Source of the DNA: Lama guanicoe
Taxonomy: Eukaryota
Assembly (NCBI GenBank): GCA_013239625.1
Contig: MU054187.1
Location: 3,669,757-3,733,756 of the forward strand
Direction of reading: 5' to 3'
DNA length: 64,000 nt
The notes under the pieces are model-generated. The model did not search any database, had not been told where the DNA came from, and worked only from the letters and a program-made list of their open reading frames with translations. The position numbers were made by a program, and so were the translations under genes. Below, one piece after another: positions 62,090 through 64,000 of the stretch; within the stretch, counting starts at the first letter, position 1, and each line of letters starts with the position of its first letter.

Positions 62090-63480
62090 TATTTTTATTG
62101 TTGAATAATAGTCCATTTTATGGACATGTATATTTATATTTTAACCATTCATCAATTGATGAACGTTTGAGTTTCTGTTTTGCTATGATGAATACGCTGC
62201 TCTAAACATTCATGTAAAATCTTACATTTGGCTTTGATTTTTTTATCATTTCCTTTTTAAACTTTGTTTAAAAAAGATATCTGTTGTGTTTATTGTGTTC
62301 CTTCTAGGTTAGTCTTCACTTCTGAAATAAACTCTCCTTTTATTTCTAATTATTTCCCCGGCTGTGTGACCTTCTGAGTTTTTCTAGTTCTGAGTTATTT
62401 TGTCTCTTCTTGTATTCTACTGCTTTCTTTGTGTGTTTGGCTCATTTTAAAATAGAAAGTTACCGTTTTGAGCTGCTCTGTGGGCATCCCTTTTGGCATG
62501 TTCTCCTTTCTTGTTTTAAAGGGTGTTCTTTTTCTCCCATTTCTTTTTTTTTTTCTTGAAGTAACTTTGCATGCGATATGAACTTGACAGTTTGCTGTTG
62601 TTGTGTTTTAAATTAGAAATTAGTTTTCTTAAATTAGAAGGCGGTGCTGTTCAGGGTAGCTTTTCTCATTCAGGACTCTTTCTTCTTGACACCCCCCCCC
62701 CTTTTTTACCTTCTGTGTCCTTTTTTTTTCTCATCTTGTGCAATTTTGATTCCACTCCCGGAAATTTCTCCCAATAGTTGTGCCTGTCCTGGAAGGAAGC
62801 CCTGGTACGCCAGCTGGTAGGATTGTTAGGGCGGTGATGGGGTCATTGTACTCACCTCTTCCTGCCTCGGCTCTCAGGATGGCCCCATGCCCTTCAGCAA
62901 GCTCCCTGCCGGATCTCTGGGGCTCTCCTGCCCCGAGACCTGTCAGTTTCCTCCTGCTTCCTGGGCACTATGCAGGTCTTGATGGCTTGTCCTCACTTGT
63001 CACCTAATTTTGTTGAAAATGGTGTCTATGGGTTTTACTTTTGCTATTGAGGCTCTATTTTTTCCCCCCCGTAAGCATTTGGATAAATGGAAAAGCTGTG
63101 TCACAGCCTCTTCCCACAGTCCCCTGGTGCTGCTTTTCTATGATACCTTTTTTCTCTTTCCTATGACTTATCTCTTTTAGAATTACAGGATATGTTGTAT
63201 CATTTCATAGTTTTCCCTTCAATTAGTTTGAAAGTTATATCCTATATTTCTTTTTTTAAAAAAACCCAACCAATGCAAACATACAGATTTAGCTCTTTGA
63301 AATCTAAAATGAACATCTCTCAAGTGTTACAGGGACCTCAGAACACTTCAAATCTGATCATCTCCCTCTTGACTTCTCTGCTTTGGTTTTGGATGTGTTA
63401 ATTCTATCTTTTTTCAACCGTTTAAAGCAATATATTTATCATTTTACAAAGCTAAATTTAGATTTATTTACAATTTACTA

Positions 63481-63517
<37 letters not shown>

Positions 63518-64000
63518 GATCTCTGGGATCATTTAACACCACATCTGTGGGATTAAAAACTTTAGAGCTTATCTTAGTGAGGGTTTGCTGGTGGCTACTT
63601 ACCCATTTTTATTTGTCTGAAATTGTTTTATTTCATTCTTATTTCTAAAAGATACATCGTTAAAAAGGTATTTTCAATAAAACGATATTTTAGCCCACTC
63701 ATTTCTAAAATATATTTCTGAAAGAACTTGTGTTTTGTGCAAAGATATTTTTGTGCAGTTTTATGTTGACAGGTTAACTTTTCTCATATTGGAGATATTA
63801 TTTCACTCTTTCAAATTTAAGATTGCTTTTTGAGAGCTCAGCAGTAATCCTCACTCTCACTTCTTTTTAGAGGCACATCTAGGTGTGGATTCATTGTTCT
63901 TAATTTGGCTGGAGGTCGCCTGCGCCTCCTGAAGCTGAGGAGCGCTGTTGGTTCGCCCGTTCATCAGTTCTGGAACGTCTCCAGTCGTTGTCTGTTCGAA
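62090..64000 (-). mobile_element. Patchy ancient L1 (L1ME/L1M5-like) fragments
   Basis: T-rich sequence with antisense L1 motifs ('ccattcatcaattgatgaacgtttgag', 'tttatttgtctgaaattgttttatttc', 'ttcatcagttctggaac'). Confidence 0.45.
63485..63516. repeat. Poly-T tract
   Basis: About 32 consecutive T. Confidence 0.9.

Noticed and set aside
35400..64000. SDR16C5 or another protein-coding gene expected by synteny
   Set aside because: No short-chain dehydrogenase motifs or convincing coding exons seen; ORFs here are repeat-derived or random.
1..64000. CRISPR arrays, rRNA, operons or other prokaryotic/viral systems
   Set aside because: None seen; the sequence is mammalian throughout, with no regularly spaced repeat-spacer array.

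Overview
Mammalian genomic DNA, most likely a camelid: it carries a Vic-1-type tRNA-derived SINE and cetartiodactyl-type L1 3' ends. The window is centred on the head-to-head PLAG1/CHCHD7 locus. PLAG1 non-coding exon 1 lies on the minus strand (donor at 28209), with intron 1 running leftwards; no PLAG1 coding exon is in the window. A CpG-island bidirectional promoter contains a (CCG)10 repeat and a 132-nt N gap. The complete CHCHD7 gene is on the plus strand (3 coding exons, 85 aa, twin CX9C). The rest is intronic or intergenic sequence rich in L1, L2, MIR, DNA-transposon and LTR remnants, plus a truncated class I ERV (LTR-gag-pro-pol) at ~59.1-62.1 kb. The best leads are: the ERV 5' LTR, which looks like a CpG-island promoter with CTCF/CCAAT/TATA motifs; uORFs in PLAG1 exon 1; the CCG repeat matching the cattle stature QTL; an in-frame N-terminal extension exon of CHCHD7; a twin-primed L1 with nested elements; and an abrupt GC-to-AT compositional junction at ~13.6 kb. 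Repeat subfamily names are from pattern recognition only. I see no clearly novel protein-coding system.
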